From contig CM060732.1 in the NCBI GenBank assembly GCA_030704615.1, positions 64,852,001-64,916,000 of the forward strand: DNA of 64,000 nucleotides, given 5' to 3'. Position 1 is the stretch's first letter; every line of letters begins with the position of its first letter. The translations under genes and the position numbers were made by a program. This DNA is from Takakia lepidozioides. Taxonomy: Eukaryota; Plantae; Bryophyta. This document shows positions 23,408-35,051 of this stretch, in pieces. The notes beneath the pieces were generated by a model. It did not search any database. It worked only from the letters and a program-made list of their open reading frames with translations, and was not told the origin of the DNA.

Positions 23408-26400
23408 ATGGCTCCGAATTCCTACGCTATAGTTTGCTGTCCTCCGCAACTTGGGAGAGCCTGGATCCCAAACGAGGGAGGACTTTGCAGAGTGACTGAA
23501 ACTTACCTTTGTTCCAAATTCAAGCTCAAACCGGGCACAGTTTATTTGGAAGAAGAAAGGAAGGATGTTCCTGGACAGGTTGACGAGACCATTGTCGTGC
23601 TAGGTAACGACGGAGGTTGCGGAATCGAATGGCACGTACCCCCATCAGACACCATCCTGTACCGAGCTATGGGAATGCCCATTCCCTTTCCGAATCAGTC
23701 ACTGCCCACACCATCCACAAAGGAGTCCGGAAACCGACAGGTGGCCACTGCCAACAGAGAGGTATGCAACGATAATCATTCCCAACCTGGACCGTCAAGA
23801 CCCTCCATAGCTTCTCGTGTGGACGTATTCGACATTTCCGACGATGAAGATGAGTGCATTGAGGTCCCCATGTCCTCCACACGATCATTCAAATCCGAGA
23901 TGGACATCTTTGCAGGTGCTACGCATGTACCCTTGAGCATAACTCCAACCCGGTCCATTGTGCAGCTCCTACGGCAACATCACCTTGATGATTCTCACTC
24001 CGAGCTGGCTGCTCTCGACTATGCCAAATTTCCGGTCAGGAAGGTAACGTATCTGCCTCCCGAAGTCGATGGCAAGGTCATCTTCGAGTTTCCACCTGTT
24101 ACTTCGTCAAACAAAGCCTCACGGATGTTAACAGACATGGATCAAAAGCATGACGGACACCCCTGGTGTGTGACGAAGACCAGTAGCACGAAAATTGCTG
24201 ATGGTGTTCGTGTACGATACGTTCTCTGTGTGGGGAAGCTGAGGTGCCTCAATCCCGCCTGCTTCCACTTTCTTTCCAAAGGAGGGCGGAGAAACGAGAC
24301 GGATTGGACTAGCACAACGCATCATCCATTCATTGTCTCTAGCCAAGCTCCTGCGGGTACTTTCAAATGCGCACATTGCAAAGAACCACCGACGTGCATG
24401 TCCATGTGCAGAGCCAAGCAATATTACATTATCCATTTGCTCCCGGACTTGACTAGAGCTTGCATACACGTTGGGGTCCACTGCCACCCCTTGGCGAGAG
24501 GCAACATGCATGAGGTTGTGCAGGAAGCACACGACATCATAAAAGAGGAGGTGAAATTGAGCCCCGGAGCCAGACCAAAGCAGATTCAGCTGAAGGCAGC
24601 CCACAAGATTGCTCTTGGCAAAATCATGTCTGAAGATGGTTCAGACCGAGTGCCCTTGAACGAAGAGGAGATGCTTGACCTGTTGGAGTCCGTCTCGCAC
24701 GTTTGTAGTCCGAATGTGCGGAATCACATCGTATCTTGCAAGCAGAAGTTTGGCCGGGGGTCGGACATGCACTCAATCTTGGAGGTGAAACGAATGACTG
24801 GATATGACTACATCCAAGGTAGCAGGTTTCCAGGGCAAGGCAGCGAATCCGATCGTTGGTACATTTTTAAAATGTCGACGTGTGGGCCTGGGAGTGGAGT
24901 CGACTTGGTCACTCGCATGACAACTGGAAACTTGTCGAATGCTTGGGTGATGTTTGATCACATCAAGCGAATTACAAACCATCAGTGGGTGACTATGGGT
25001 GCGCATGTTTATGACTATCACTCCAAGAGGCTCATGACGATTGCAATCTGCGAGATGAAAGGGGAGGACACACAGTCGGAGATGCATCTGTGGGAGGGCA
25101 TAAATGAGCAGATGGCAAGGGCGGATTGCCAGCTCCCGATTTCAGGGGATTCATGGCAGACAACGCTCAGGCCAACTGGGCAGCGGTGCGGCATGTGTAC
25201 GGTGAGGACCCGAGATCCTGTGGATTCCATTGGATGCAGAGTCTATCCCACTACACTACCAAATTTGTTGCTAGCTCATTCTAGGCTGAACACCGTGTCC
25301 TTTGTACGGCGTGGAAGGATGCACCCACATTTGATGACGCGGAGGTTAAGTTTGCTATCATCGAGGCTTGGTGGAACACGTCAGGTGCAGTGGAGACAAC
25401 CAATCTGGGAGCCTTGCACAGCTGGTTGGGGTGGTGGCATTTCCGGTATCGACAGTTCGGACAATACATGCGGGAGGTATAATGCTGTCATTTTCGTGCA
25501 ATTGTCTTTCTATTACGGACCTTTCCATTGGTTCCTCACCATTGTCTGTGTCCTTGTAGGAGCGGTACTTGGATTCCGACACGGACATGCCGAACACGAA
25601 TATGGCAGAATCAATGAGCAATCATGCAGCAAGCCACATACTACAAGTTCTTGAGCGGGAAACAATGGGGTTTTGGGCCAGACAGAGAGGAATTGTTGGT
25701 GCGAACAGCTTTGAGGTCGAAGAATCCACTGAAATGGGCGACAACATTGCGAGAGAAGATCAAAGGGACGCCTCTGCACCGCAGAGGTGAGCACCTAGAG
25801 GGGGACGTCCGTACTCGCCCTGTGAGACGGAGGATTGAAGAGGAACCCGGATGCGAAGAGGATTTATGGAGATCCGACAAGAACATTCGGACAGCACCTC
25901 GAGGGCCCGTCATGTTGCCGCACAATGTGTCTTCCAGCAGTGGAAGCCCAAGAAATTCCAGATCGCCATCGCCTTCAAGCGGGGATTCTGTGCGAGAAAT
26001 TCCCACCGCTCGCTTGCCCCAGATTCCGCCCCCTGTTATGCAGTATGGCCAAGCCATTGTGGAGACGACTGTGTCTGCGTCACAGTAGAGAATTGCTCGC
26101 ACAAAGCCGTCGTTTCGAGGCAGGTGTTCCGCAATTCGAGTGGATACACGGCAACGTTGTTTAGAGATGATAAGGACCTGCTCCTACTTTTACAGGAAGA
26201 TTTGTCCATGCAAAGTTTGCAGAGGCGACAACCACCTAGTTCTGGTTCTGCAGGCACGACATTATGACTTGCGTGTATGGAAAGCCCAAGTACGGCATAC
26301 AAACAATGCCAGAGGCTCCCCCGGTGTGGCCGGTGGAACCAGGCTGCGATCTGAGTCAGGTTGAGGCCGACGCCCTTACCGCCGCAGGATTTCGGATGGT

Positions 26401-26896
26401 GCAGCGCACTGACGTCCCCAAACAACCATTTCCGCTTCCACAGCCTCCACCACCGGCCCCTGTGAGAGCAAGAACAGTGGGACCCGACAGCTCTAAGCAT
26501 CCTACACACCGTTGGGGGAAACCGAAGAGGCGGCGACCTCCCTCAAAAGTGAACAAGACAAAGATGGGGAATGCACTTCGGATGAACTGTACAATCCAGA
26601 GCTCGACAGAAGTGCCCCCACCAGGCTTCGGGCGTGTGTATCAGATGGCCACGGCAGGCTCAGCTGTTCGCAATGAGGTGTACACCATCACCATTTCAGA
26701 ATTATCCACCTGCAATTGCACCGACTTTCAGATCATGGCGAACAAGGGGGCATCATACTGCCCTTGCAAGCATCTGTACTACGTGTACCTAAAGAGACTA
26801 CGGTGTAATTCCACAACTCATCACTTCATACATGCACCAGGGTTGAGCCCCCACGAGGTGCACACTCTTCTGAATATGGATCCAGGGGACCAGTGA
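23408..26896 (+). pseudogene. Second, divergent GCM-MULE-SWIM transposase paralog, disrupted by frameshifts and stops
   Basis: Same motif series as the first copy: DQKHDGHPWCVTKTS, CVGKLRCLNPAC, GVHCHP, FPGQG, WVMFDHIKR. After a frameshift at ~25125: PDFRGFMADNAQANW...SCGFHW with an in-frame TAG at ~25282. An intron at ~25477-25559 sits at the homologous position, followed by MPNTNMAESM and SWIM CNCTDF...PCKHL. Confidence 0.85.
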
Positions 26897-27149
26897 CCTT
26901 GGCTTGCGGTCCCAACACAATGGTACGCCCATCCTTTTCGGATAGTAGAACTGTACTGCTGCAAGTAGCTCTGACTCTGGCCACAGAAAGGTCCGACTTA
27001 TGTCTTGCCTACCAGTAACCTATTTTGCTCGAACGTCGATAATACTATGTCATTCACTCGTGTTTCCACGTGTATGTATTTTTGTGTGTTGGAGGGTTCC
27101 TGTTTTTCTGCTCTCCCAAACTTTGCTTTCTTCATTCGACCCCCGGCAA

Positions 27150-27715
27150 GGAAATGCGGCGCCGCATTTCCAAGTAACGTCGTAGGTACTGGTAGATGCG
27201 GCAGTCAGCAACACCAAACCGCCCAGAAATTTCGCACGTGCGAACCCTAATGCGGCACCGCATTTCCTACTTCACTTGCAAAACTTTCCCGCCAAATACT
27301 GGAAGATGACAGAATTGTGCAGACTCTATTGGTTCAGTCGCGGCAAAAGGGTCAGCTTCATTCCAATGTTAAGGCATGTAAAACCGCGGAATACTCTATA
27401 CAGGCCAGTATGCGACGTCCTTTTACCGTGGTATACTAGATTTCTCGTTGCACGGTCACTCATTTCCATGAGCGGATCTAAAAAACCATGAGCGGAGTTG
27501 TTACTGACGACATATCTTCGCCGCATTACAGGATCCGTAACTTCCAAAAACGGCAAGGTCAAATATAAAACTATTATTTTAATACTTGTTTAATCTGCCG
27601 CATTTCCAAATTTGGAGGAGTCCGCTCATGAAATCCGCGTGTCTTAGACTTCGGCTCACCGCTCATGCGGCTCATGGCTCATGGCTCATGGTTTCTGCTC
27701 ATGAAATAGTAAACC
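27150..27715. mobile_element. Probable right terminus (subterminal repeats + TIR) of the Mutator-like element
   Basis: Tandem GCTCATG/CCGCTCATG repeats end in GCTCATGAAATAGTAAACC (27715). Its reverse complement GGTTTACTATTTCATGAGC matches GGGCTGCTATTTCATGAGC at 34093. GGAAATGCGGCGCCGCATTTCC palindromes at 27150 and ~27250 match the 35-36 kb array. Confidence 0.65.
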
Positions 27716-27803
27716 TCGCTTTCAGGTAGCTTTCTCTTTTTGCTGAATATCTCTGGAGTCTAGCTTCTCTTTCATCACTCATGTCCCATGTCTTTCATTT
27801 CTT

Positions 27804-28391
27804 TTAATGTGGCAATAACCAAAACTCTCTTCTGTAATATCTCTCGTATATGCCTGGGTTTCTTTCAAGCTTCAATGCACCCTTGGCTATACTAGTAGTC
27901 TCCGTTATCATATAACCATATGGCAAACAAGTCTGAAAAGCTGTTCTTGGTGTGAGTTTGATCCACAGAATATCCTTTGGAATCCAATTCTTTACCAATA
28001 CAAGCTCTTCATGCATATGAGTATAAACATTCACCTTTCTTTCCTCCCAGTCTTCAAACTCTACTCGCTTAATGGATAGCAATGCTATCACATAAACCAA
28101 TGTTGATAACCAACGTGCTCTTCCTCTACAGGCCACCTGATAAATCTTTATCACTCCTTTCTCCAGACCCCATTCAGGGTCAGCATCATGCACTCTTTTA
28201 AGAATGTTTTCCTTACAACCGTCTAGCAATTCCAAGAACCTTTGAAAGAATCGTTTGGACAATCTTTCCTTCTCAGTTTCACAGGGAATTTGATTCACAT
28301 CAAATTCTTTAATTCTCCAACCACCATGATCCCACCAGATGCCTGTCACATCTGGTTGTTCATGACTCAGTTCCCCAGTATGGTCGCCAAA
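27804..28391 (-). pseudogene. 3' remnant of an unidentified ORF, truncated by the adjacent LTR
   Basis: About 195 open codons with no recognised motif. The first ~36 aa of the tracked ORF (MTDCSERAECLEIS...) are LTR read-through. Confidence 0.35.
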
Positions 28392-29280
28392 TGTTGAGCG
28401 GCTTTTACTCACCCATCCCTTCGCTATCCGAGGTGGGAACTCCAAGATAGAAGAGTTGGAAATCTCTAAGCACTCAGCTCGCTCAGAACAATCAGTCATG
28501 ACCTACAGCTAGTGTATCATGGGGGTGTTTCCTATTTGTACTCCTTCCCACATTCATGTTAGCGAGTTACCTTACTGTCTGCAATTAAGTATCAGATTGC
28601 TTCAGAAATCTATCAGGTTCCATCCATTCATTCCACAGCTTCACTCAGGTCTATCTACACAGTGTGAGTATGAAGTATGTATCAAATTAATATCTATTAA
28701 GTATCAGGCTGAAGCCATGGTGTCTCTAATCTACTCTACATTGCAATTCTACAGCTTGTATTCATCAAGTAACAACAGATCGTCACTTCTCATACTCCGT
28801 GCTCTTTTTCTTCCCACTCAGAGATGTGCTCTCCCCTCTATTTCCAAGCCCCGATGCCAGAAGTCCCCCCCACCAAGAAGTGATCCTCGAGATGTCCCCG
28901 CTCCTCGCTTTATCTACTTACAAGCCATTCTAACCGCTTTCCTAACTAACCGTTATCCCTGTAGTACACGTTCCTTTTTCAGATGTCGTTCCCCCACAGT
29001 CGTTCCCTGCCAATGGTAACTGTTCCCCAGCTGTGCCGAGCTGTGACTGGCTGTATCAGGCTGTGGCGGGCTGTGACTGGCTGTGTCGGGCTGTGTAGGG
29101 CTGTGCGAAGCTGTGGCGGCTGTGTCGGGCTGTGACTGGCTGCGAATGGCTCTAAACCCTAAACTTCATGAGGGCTTTTTGAAAGTTCCGCAGTTAGCAT
29201 CTTTTGACAAACCTATGGTATGTTGGAAGAGGGCACGGAACTTGCATTTCTATCTAGTTCGTGCTATGTTACAAATCTAG
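28392..29280 (-). mobile_element. Partial LTR related to the Athila-like family at 46-64 kb
   Basis: Begins TGTTGAGCGGCTTTTACTCACCCATCCCTTCGCTATCCGAGG, as at 46119, 54835 and 55469. Shares CCCCGCTCCTCGCTTTATC, CCCCACAGTCGTTCCC and the GGCTGTG repeat tract. Confidence 0.85.
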
Positions 29281-29519
29281 AGGCTAGTTGTATTTGAGAC
29301 ATGCAGTTAGCTTCTAGTTTGGATGATTATCCATTTTGGAGAGAACATTATGATGTTTTTCATCTAGAGTTTCATGCGTTGGATATTTCTCCCCTGCTGA
29401 GAAAACTTTGGATGTTTTTCATCTAAGTTTTCATGTGATGGACGATCTCTCCAGCCAAGACAATTTTGGATGTTTTCCATCCATTAGGTATTTTCTCTCC
29501 CCCCCCGAGACAAGTTCAC

Positions 29520-31125
29520 TTTCCGCAGTATATAAGCGGGGTGAGGGGTGCACATTGTATCTCTTTTCCTTCTCTTTCCCACTGATGAGCTCACGCGCTG
29601 AGTGAAACTAGTTTGGGGATTATAGAGATTCGCTTTGCTGCATCTTGTGTTCTTGTCTCTTTGTCTCATTGGCGGCGTTGTTGTTGTTGTTGAGTTTTAG
29701 ATTTGATCTTCTACATAGTTCATTGCATTCATTTGCTTTGTGTCTATTGTAGTGCATGTTTTAAACTCCTTTTCGAGTGTTGCATGTTAGATCTCCTTCT
29801 AAGACTGTTCTTTAGTGTGTCTATTCTCTTTCTTAGAGATAGGTTATTATTCTCCTGTCCTTACAGTGAATTAGTTTCATCACACACACTTGTCTCTTGC
29901 ATATCTTTGCATTTGCACTTTAGAACGTTGCAACATCACTCCCACTCTGTTCTATTCTAGTTTTCTGTGTCTCAGGATCGATTCTTTTAGTTTTGATTCA
30001 CAGGCTAGATATTTCTACAAGTTTTCTAAGGTGTCCATAACTGGCCCCCCTAAAAACTTGTTTGCACTTTGCTACTAATGCACCCGGTGCATTCGCGGTT
30101 CGAACTCTGTTGCACTGCTACATGTATTTGTTTCCACTCTTTTGTAAACCCTAAACATTTGTTATGATGTTAGCTGCAACTTCTGAACCTTCTTCTTCCA
30201 AGCATCCTAGGATAGAGATGAATAGTGATGGTGCTACTGCAGAAGATCGACCGTCTTGTTCGTCTCCAAGGGATTATTCTCCTACTCCAAGGCCGCATGT
30301 TGGGATCTTTTTCAACCAGAATGATCATTCTCCAGACTTTGTGGATGCTATTCGCAAGTTGTTGGACAACTCTCTGGCGCAGTACAAGAAGGATTTCAAG
30401 AGACTTCAACGTCTCAAGGCAACTTTCGACAAACTCAGATCTCAAGAAGCTGCCGGTGAAATTCCTCATTCTTGTAGAGTTGCTTGTCCGAAGTTGGTCA
30501 TCTCTTCTGAACGACTGCGTGCTCGAGGTCTTGGTTACGGAACTACGGTTCCATGTTCGATGGCATCAAAATCACGACCGCCGTAAGCCCAACGTCCGCC
30601 GACATCTTGGATATCACCTTCTTCAAAGGAGACGACTTCATCCAAACTCGACGGCTCTCTACTATATGTCATCAACAAGCCCAGAACAAGTATCAATACT
30701 TGCCTTGGTCCTCATGGCATCCACATCACCAAAAGAAAGCTTTCGTCATCGGCGAGCTCCAACGGTACGTAATACGAGAAAGCACCATCCAAGGGTTCAA
30801 CCATTTGCGACTTTTGTTTTACAAACGTCTTCGAGCCCGAGGTTATCCGGCGGCGTTCATCCGGAGTTGCTTCACCAAGATCTCCTACGACCTCAGATCC
30901 GCTCTACTCGACCAACAGACGCAACTCGCAGTTGAGGGTATTGTTCTTAAGCTCGACTACTCTTCGTACACTCGAGCCTTGAACTTGGGGGCCACCCTAA
31001 ACCCTAGACTCCACGAGTTGCTTCAGCAAGTCCCGGAGCTTCGGTTTCTTCCTCGAGCGATGATTTGTTGGAGGAATCCGCGAAAGCTGAGTTCATTCCT
31101 AGTTAAATCTAGAATGATAGGATGA
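29520..31125 (+). mobile_element. Internally deleted, endonuclease-lacking Penelope-like retroelement (PLE)
   Basis: N-terminal ORF 30164-~30505 is fused to the RT thumb/C-terminus: ILDITFF...LSTICHQQAQNKYQYLPWSSWHPHHQKKAFVIGELQRY...LRARGYP...ICWRNPRKLSSFLVKSR, then a stop with no GIY-YIG domain. A TATA-like motif and a hammerhead lie upstream. Confidence 0.85.
29576..29619 (+). ncRNA. Minimal type-I hammerhead ribozyme
   Basis: Stem I TTCCCA/TGGGGA (extendable by TCTCT/AGAGA), core CTGATGA, stem II GCTCA-CGCGC-TGAGT, GAAA, and a short stem III within the palindrome AACTAGTT. The predicted cleavage triplet is GUU, cut after 29613. Confidence 0.8.
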
Positions 31126-31375
31126 TTTTGTAGTGCAAATGTCCCTAGCATTATTAATTTTGCCTCTTTGATAGCCCTAGTGTTGATGTTAAAGTCAAAG
31201 GGTTCCAACAATTAATTTGGACCATTGACTAATTAATGCAGTCTTGACTTGGAGGCTAAATTAGTGCTTTAGTGGCATTATTATTGCCTTGGGAATTATC
31301 CCATATCGTTTGCACATAGTGAGGGTGCTTTTCTAGTATATAAGGATAGGCTTGGCTCTTAGGACTTCAACTCTT

Positions 31376-31431
31376 GGTGTTCCACTGATGAGCTTGAGCA
31401 ATCAAACGAAACTTGTTTGGAATAAAGCACC
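31376..31431 (+). ncRNA. Second minimal type-I hammerhead ribozyme
   Basis: Stem I GGTG-TTCCA/TGGAA-(TAAAG)-CACC, core CTGATGA (31385), stem II GCTTGA-GCAA-TCAAAC (one mismatch), and GAAAC-TT-GTT. Predicted cut after 31417. Confidence 0.75.
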
Positions 31432-31479
31432 TTAATTCTTTTTGTGTCTCCACACTTAGAGAAGTTGAGAGTCTAGTCC

Positions 31480-32895
31480 TTGCCCGCCCGGGCAACTTGG
31501 ATCGAAGGGGTGCTCGGCTCCAAGGGGAATCCCAACCCTTGGATACTTCCGAGGCCTTTTTTCTTTCCGAAGCACGGGCGTATAACCTCGTCATTGTCTT
31601 TGCCGGAGAAGAACATTCGCAACCTCAAGCTTCGAGCAAAATTGTTGAATTCGGTGATGATTGAAGATCGGGAAGGGGGAAGAGGACGAGGAATGTAATT
31701 GAGACCAAGACCCAGGAGTTGTCACTCCGCAAAGGAGAGAACCCTCTTGCTATAGTTGTGGATAGCAGTGTTGGTGACCCTGCATTCCACTTGGGAGGGA
31801 GTCTTCATAGCAAAGAGCAACAAAGCGTAAGCCTTCGGGTCTACGAGCGGGTACCAGAAGAGACTCCTCGTGCGCCCTCGCGCCTGTGAGGAGGTACGTA
31901 TGGCCGCTTCGTCTTCGTTGTCGTCGTCGTCGAACCCTTCGTCGTGGCCGGTTTTCCGTTGACCCTCACTGAAGGTTTTCGGCCTCCCGTACCAAAATCG
32001 ATTGTGCGGTTCGGGCCTAACCTCTTGTTGAAAGAGGTAGGTGACGCAACAGAACGGGTGGAGACGCAGATATCTTTCTGTTGTTTGCCGTTTCCCGACT
32101 TTCCGCCAGGATTCGCCTTAGGCTTACTAGCCGGTTTGGTCCCAAGCTTATGGGTTTCACCTGGATGGAGTTCACCACCTTCTTCACCTCCTTGAGGACT
32201 TCCTTGACCACCTCGCGTTTCACGATTGTAGCAATGGACGGTTCCACAGGGAGGGTCTCCGCTTCTTCCATAGCACCTTCCCGAGCAACGTTGGGAGCGG
32301 CGATAGCCGCTGCCTTGCTGACGTCGGAAAGTTGTTTGTGAATAAGAAATGCATCTACATGAGTAACAAAGAGATTGCTAAGATGAAGATGCCACGACTC
32401 AATGGAAGACTTAGACTTGTCACCTATCAAATTTAAGGATTGTAAAGGCGAAATCAAATCCGAGAGGCGAGTCTCAAAGACCGGTTTCGATTGCTCGAGC
32501 TTGTGGGTCAAGCTAGCAAGTCGAGATTCTTGGGCTTTGATGAGTGCTTCAAAGCACTTGATCCGATATGCGGTTGTGCATTCGGCCAGGCTCGCATCAA
32601 GGACGGATTGGGCCTCGGGATCTCCTATTTGAAGTTTAGGAGGACTCATTCTAAGGGAGTTGGGTATGGTGTCTTCTTCGAATTGCACTCGCAATTTTTT
32701 AAGTTACTTGGAAGTCTTTTCATGCTCATGCCTAAGACTTTTGAATTCCTTGACCAATGTATGCACAAATGCAAGCAAAGGGGGAGGAATGGAGATATCC
32801 ATGCTAGAAGAAGAAGAAGAAGAAGACGCGGATGCATGAGAAGGGCCGACGCCTAAGCTAGGACATGGACGTTTGTTACCTGCTAGTTCCGCCAT
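31480..32895 (-). mobile_element. 5' portion of a second Penelope-like element in opposite orientation (N-terminal region only, premature stops)
   Basis: MAELAGNKRP...LRVQFEEDTIPNSLRMSPPKLQI aligns with LRSQEAAGEIPHSCRVACPKLVI of the first PLE. ~31600-31772 encodes IHNYSKRVLSFAE*QLLGLGLNYIP...EFNNFARSLRLRMFF, the typical PLE N-terminal motif. Confidence 0.8.
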
Positions 32896-33584
32896 GGGAA
32901 AAAGAAGTTTAGGGTTTAGGGTGGTTAGCAAAGGCTTGCAAAGGTAACAAAAAGTAGAAAAAATACTGGAAAGAGACACAGTAAAAATTAAGGGGGGCCG
33001 GTTCGGACCCAAATACAAATGCAATGGAAATCAAGACAAATGCATACAAAGTGCGCCTATTGTGCCTAAAGGGATGTAATAAGACTATTATGTCTTATGC
33101 AAGGACTCCCGCCCTCACGAGATAAGGTTCTCTAATTGAAGAATGAGGCACTTTCGTTCCAACCGTAAGCTTTTTTATGTTTGCTTCTCCTTGTTTAGCG
33201 ACAAAAATCTTGCTCACTATGGGCAAGCATGCGCTCAAGGCACTCACAAACATAGGGTCAAGTCTCAACCCCTAGTTGGAAAACTTATATGCCCCACCTT
33301 CAAAAAGAGGTTCGTACCTCTAAGGAAGAATGGGAGGGATTACCGCATAAGGTCATCGACGAGAAGGTTAGGTCGGCAGAGGCTTGCGCATGCCCATAGT
33401 CCTCTGATCGCTCGAGATGAACTCGAGGGAGGATCAACCAAGTCCCTTCTCTCCAACCATCGGGCGTACGACAGGGGGAACCGTGTAGTCCGGGCTAAAT
33501 TAGCTTGCCCGACACGAACTCCTGGAATGAGGCAATATTCCATTCAAACTGAGATCCAACAGAAGCAGTTGTGGGGCCATTTCT

Positions 33585-34092
33585 GGAAAAATGACGCCGA
33601 ATTTCTCTATTTTGGGCCGAAAACTGGCTAAGTCCCAACATGCACTGGTACCCCTGTGTCTGGAAAAATGGCGCCGAATTTCCAGTTACATGGCCCAGAA
33701 CTGCCCAACATCTGTGCAATCCCCCGGCACCATGTACCGAAATTCAGTGCCACATTTCCAAAATCTTGGGCTTACACACCTGTCATGAGGAGACCTATAG
33801 CCGCGGAATTCGGCACCATTTTTCGCCAGAGAGACCTATTACCGCGAAATTCGGCGCCATTTTTGCACATGTCGTTGGGAATTGGCATGAGCGGAAGACG
33901 AAATATCATGAGCACAACTCTCAAAACTACAATTTTCCCTTCAATCAATGAATAATATATCTGTTTTTTTGTCTGACACATTGCATTAAATTAATGTTTT
34001 TAATGTTTTTTTATTTTCAAAATTTGTACTTCTGCTCATGAAAACCGATTGTGTTGGTACTCCGCTCATGCCGCTCATGCTCATGAAATAGG
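33585..34092. mobile_element. Terminal fragment of a related TIR element
   Basis: Five GGAAAAATGGCGCCGAATTTCC-type imperfect palindromes in both orientations (~33585, 33662, 33739, 33805, 33846), ending in CCGCTCATGCCGCTCATGCTCATGAAATAG. Confidence 0.55.
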
Positions 34093-34322
34093 GGGCTGCT
34101 ATTTCATGAGCGGCATGAGCATGAGTGGAAATTATTTTATTTTATTTTATTTTTTATTTTTATTTTTATTTTTTAAAAGCCGAATTGTGTCCACGGAAAT
34201 AGGGTTAGGAGGCACGGAAATAGGGTCATGTGGACTCGTCATAGCAATGAAATGCAACATTTTATTGCAAATTTGGTGGCAAGCCACGTCTATACAAGTG
34301 TGTCCTAACTGTCACAGCATGA

Positions 34323-34916
34323 ATGGGAACTACTTTCCTACATCTTCCGAGGAACTTGGCCCTCCTTCTTCCTCATCCCCCTCATCCCCCCCATCCTCCG
34401 AGCTCTGTGATGCATCGGTTGCACTATGCTTCTCAAAAATTCCGTCCTCTCCTTGGGGGACTGTCCACCTATGTAGGCCCTACACTTCCTGCCAGGAATA
34501 ATGTCCCGTTCTTTGCGAGGGCCGACTTCATGACGAGCCCGGTGAGGGACTACTCCCTTCCTAGTTATGCATCTAAACTCGCAAATACAGCGATTAGACG
34601 ATGTGAGAATCCCAGTAAAGTAGAGCAGATTTTGGAGAGGGCTAGGGAGGACAAAAGGATAAGGAAAGAGTTGGCAACAGCTGAGACAGGTAGACGGGTG
34701 CGAAAGTTCATATGTGATTCAGCGGATAAGAGCGATGCAGACAGGGATGACGACGACCCAACGGAGGTGAGATGGACGGTTCCGCAAGGGGAAGATGGGA
34801 TTTTCGAAAGCCTGGCCAATGAGCAGTCCGTTGGAGATGAGAAAGGCAAGGACGGGGTGGAGGCGGAGGCGGACAGTCAAGGACAGGACGACGATACTGA
34901 TGATTTTCAAGATTAA
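34323..34916 (+). CDS. Unknown ORF with acidic C-terminus (probable exon or cargo fragment)
   Basis: 197-aa open frame with protein-like composition, followed by an AT-rich 3' region; no motif recognised. Confidence 0.4.
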   Translation: MGTTFLHLPRNLALLLPHPPHPPHPPSSVMHRLHYASQKFRPLLGGLSTYVGPTLPARNNVPFFARADFMTSPVRDYSLPSYASKLANTAIRRCENPSKVEQILERAREDKRIRKELATAETGRRVRKFICDSADKSDADRDDDDPTEVRWTVPQGEDGIFESLANEQSVGDEKGKDGVEAEADSQGQDDDTDDFQD

Positions 34917-35051
34917 TAGAATTTTAATGAATTCTCTGTACATTTAAATTCTCTTCCAGAGTATATAAAGGAAATTCTCTCCGTCCTTCATGTCCCCTCT
35001 CCCATGTGCTCCTCAACGACAACATCGTCCAAACCAAGTCCTCCCAAAATC

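Noticed and set aside
33143-33560. Possible 3' end of another upstream PLE, or a minus-strand hammerhead
   Set aside because: Only a faint resemblance to a PLE C-terminal linker; no CTGANGA...GAAA core found on the minus strand.
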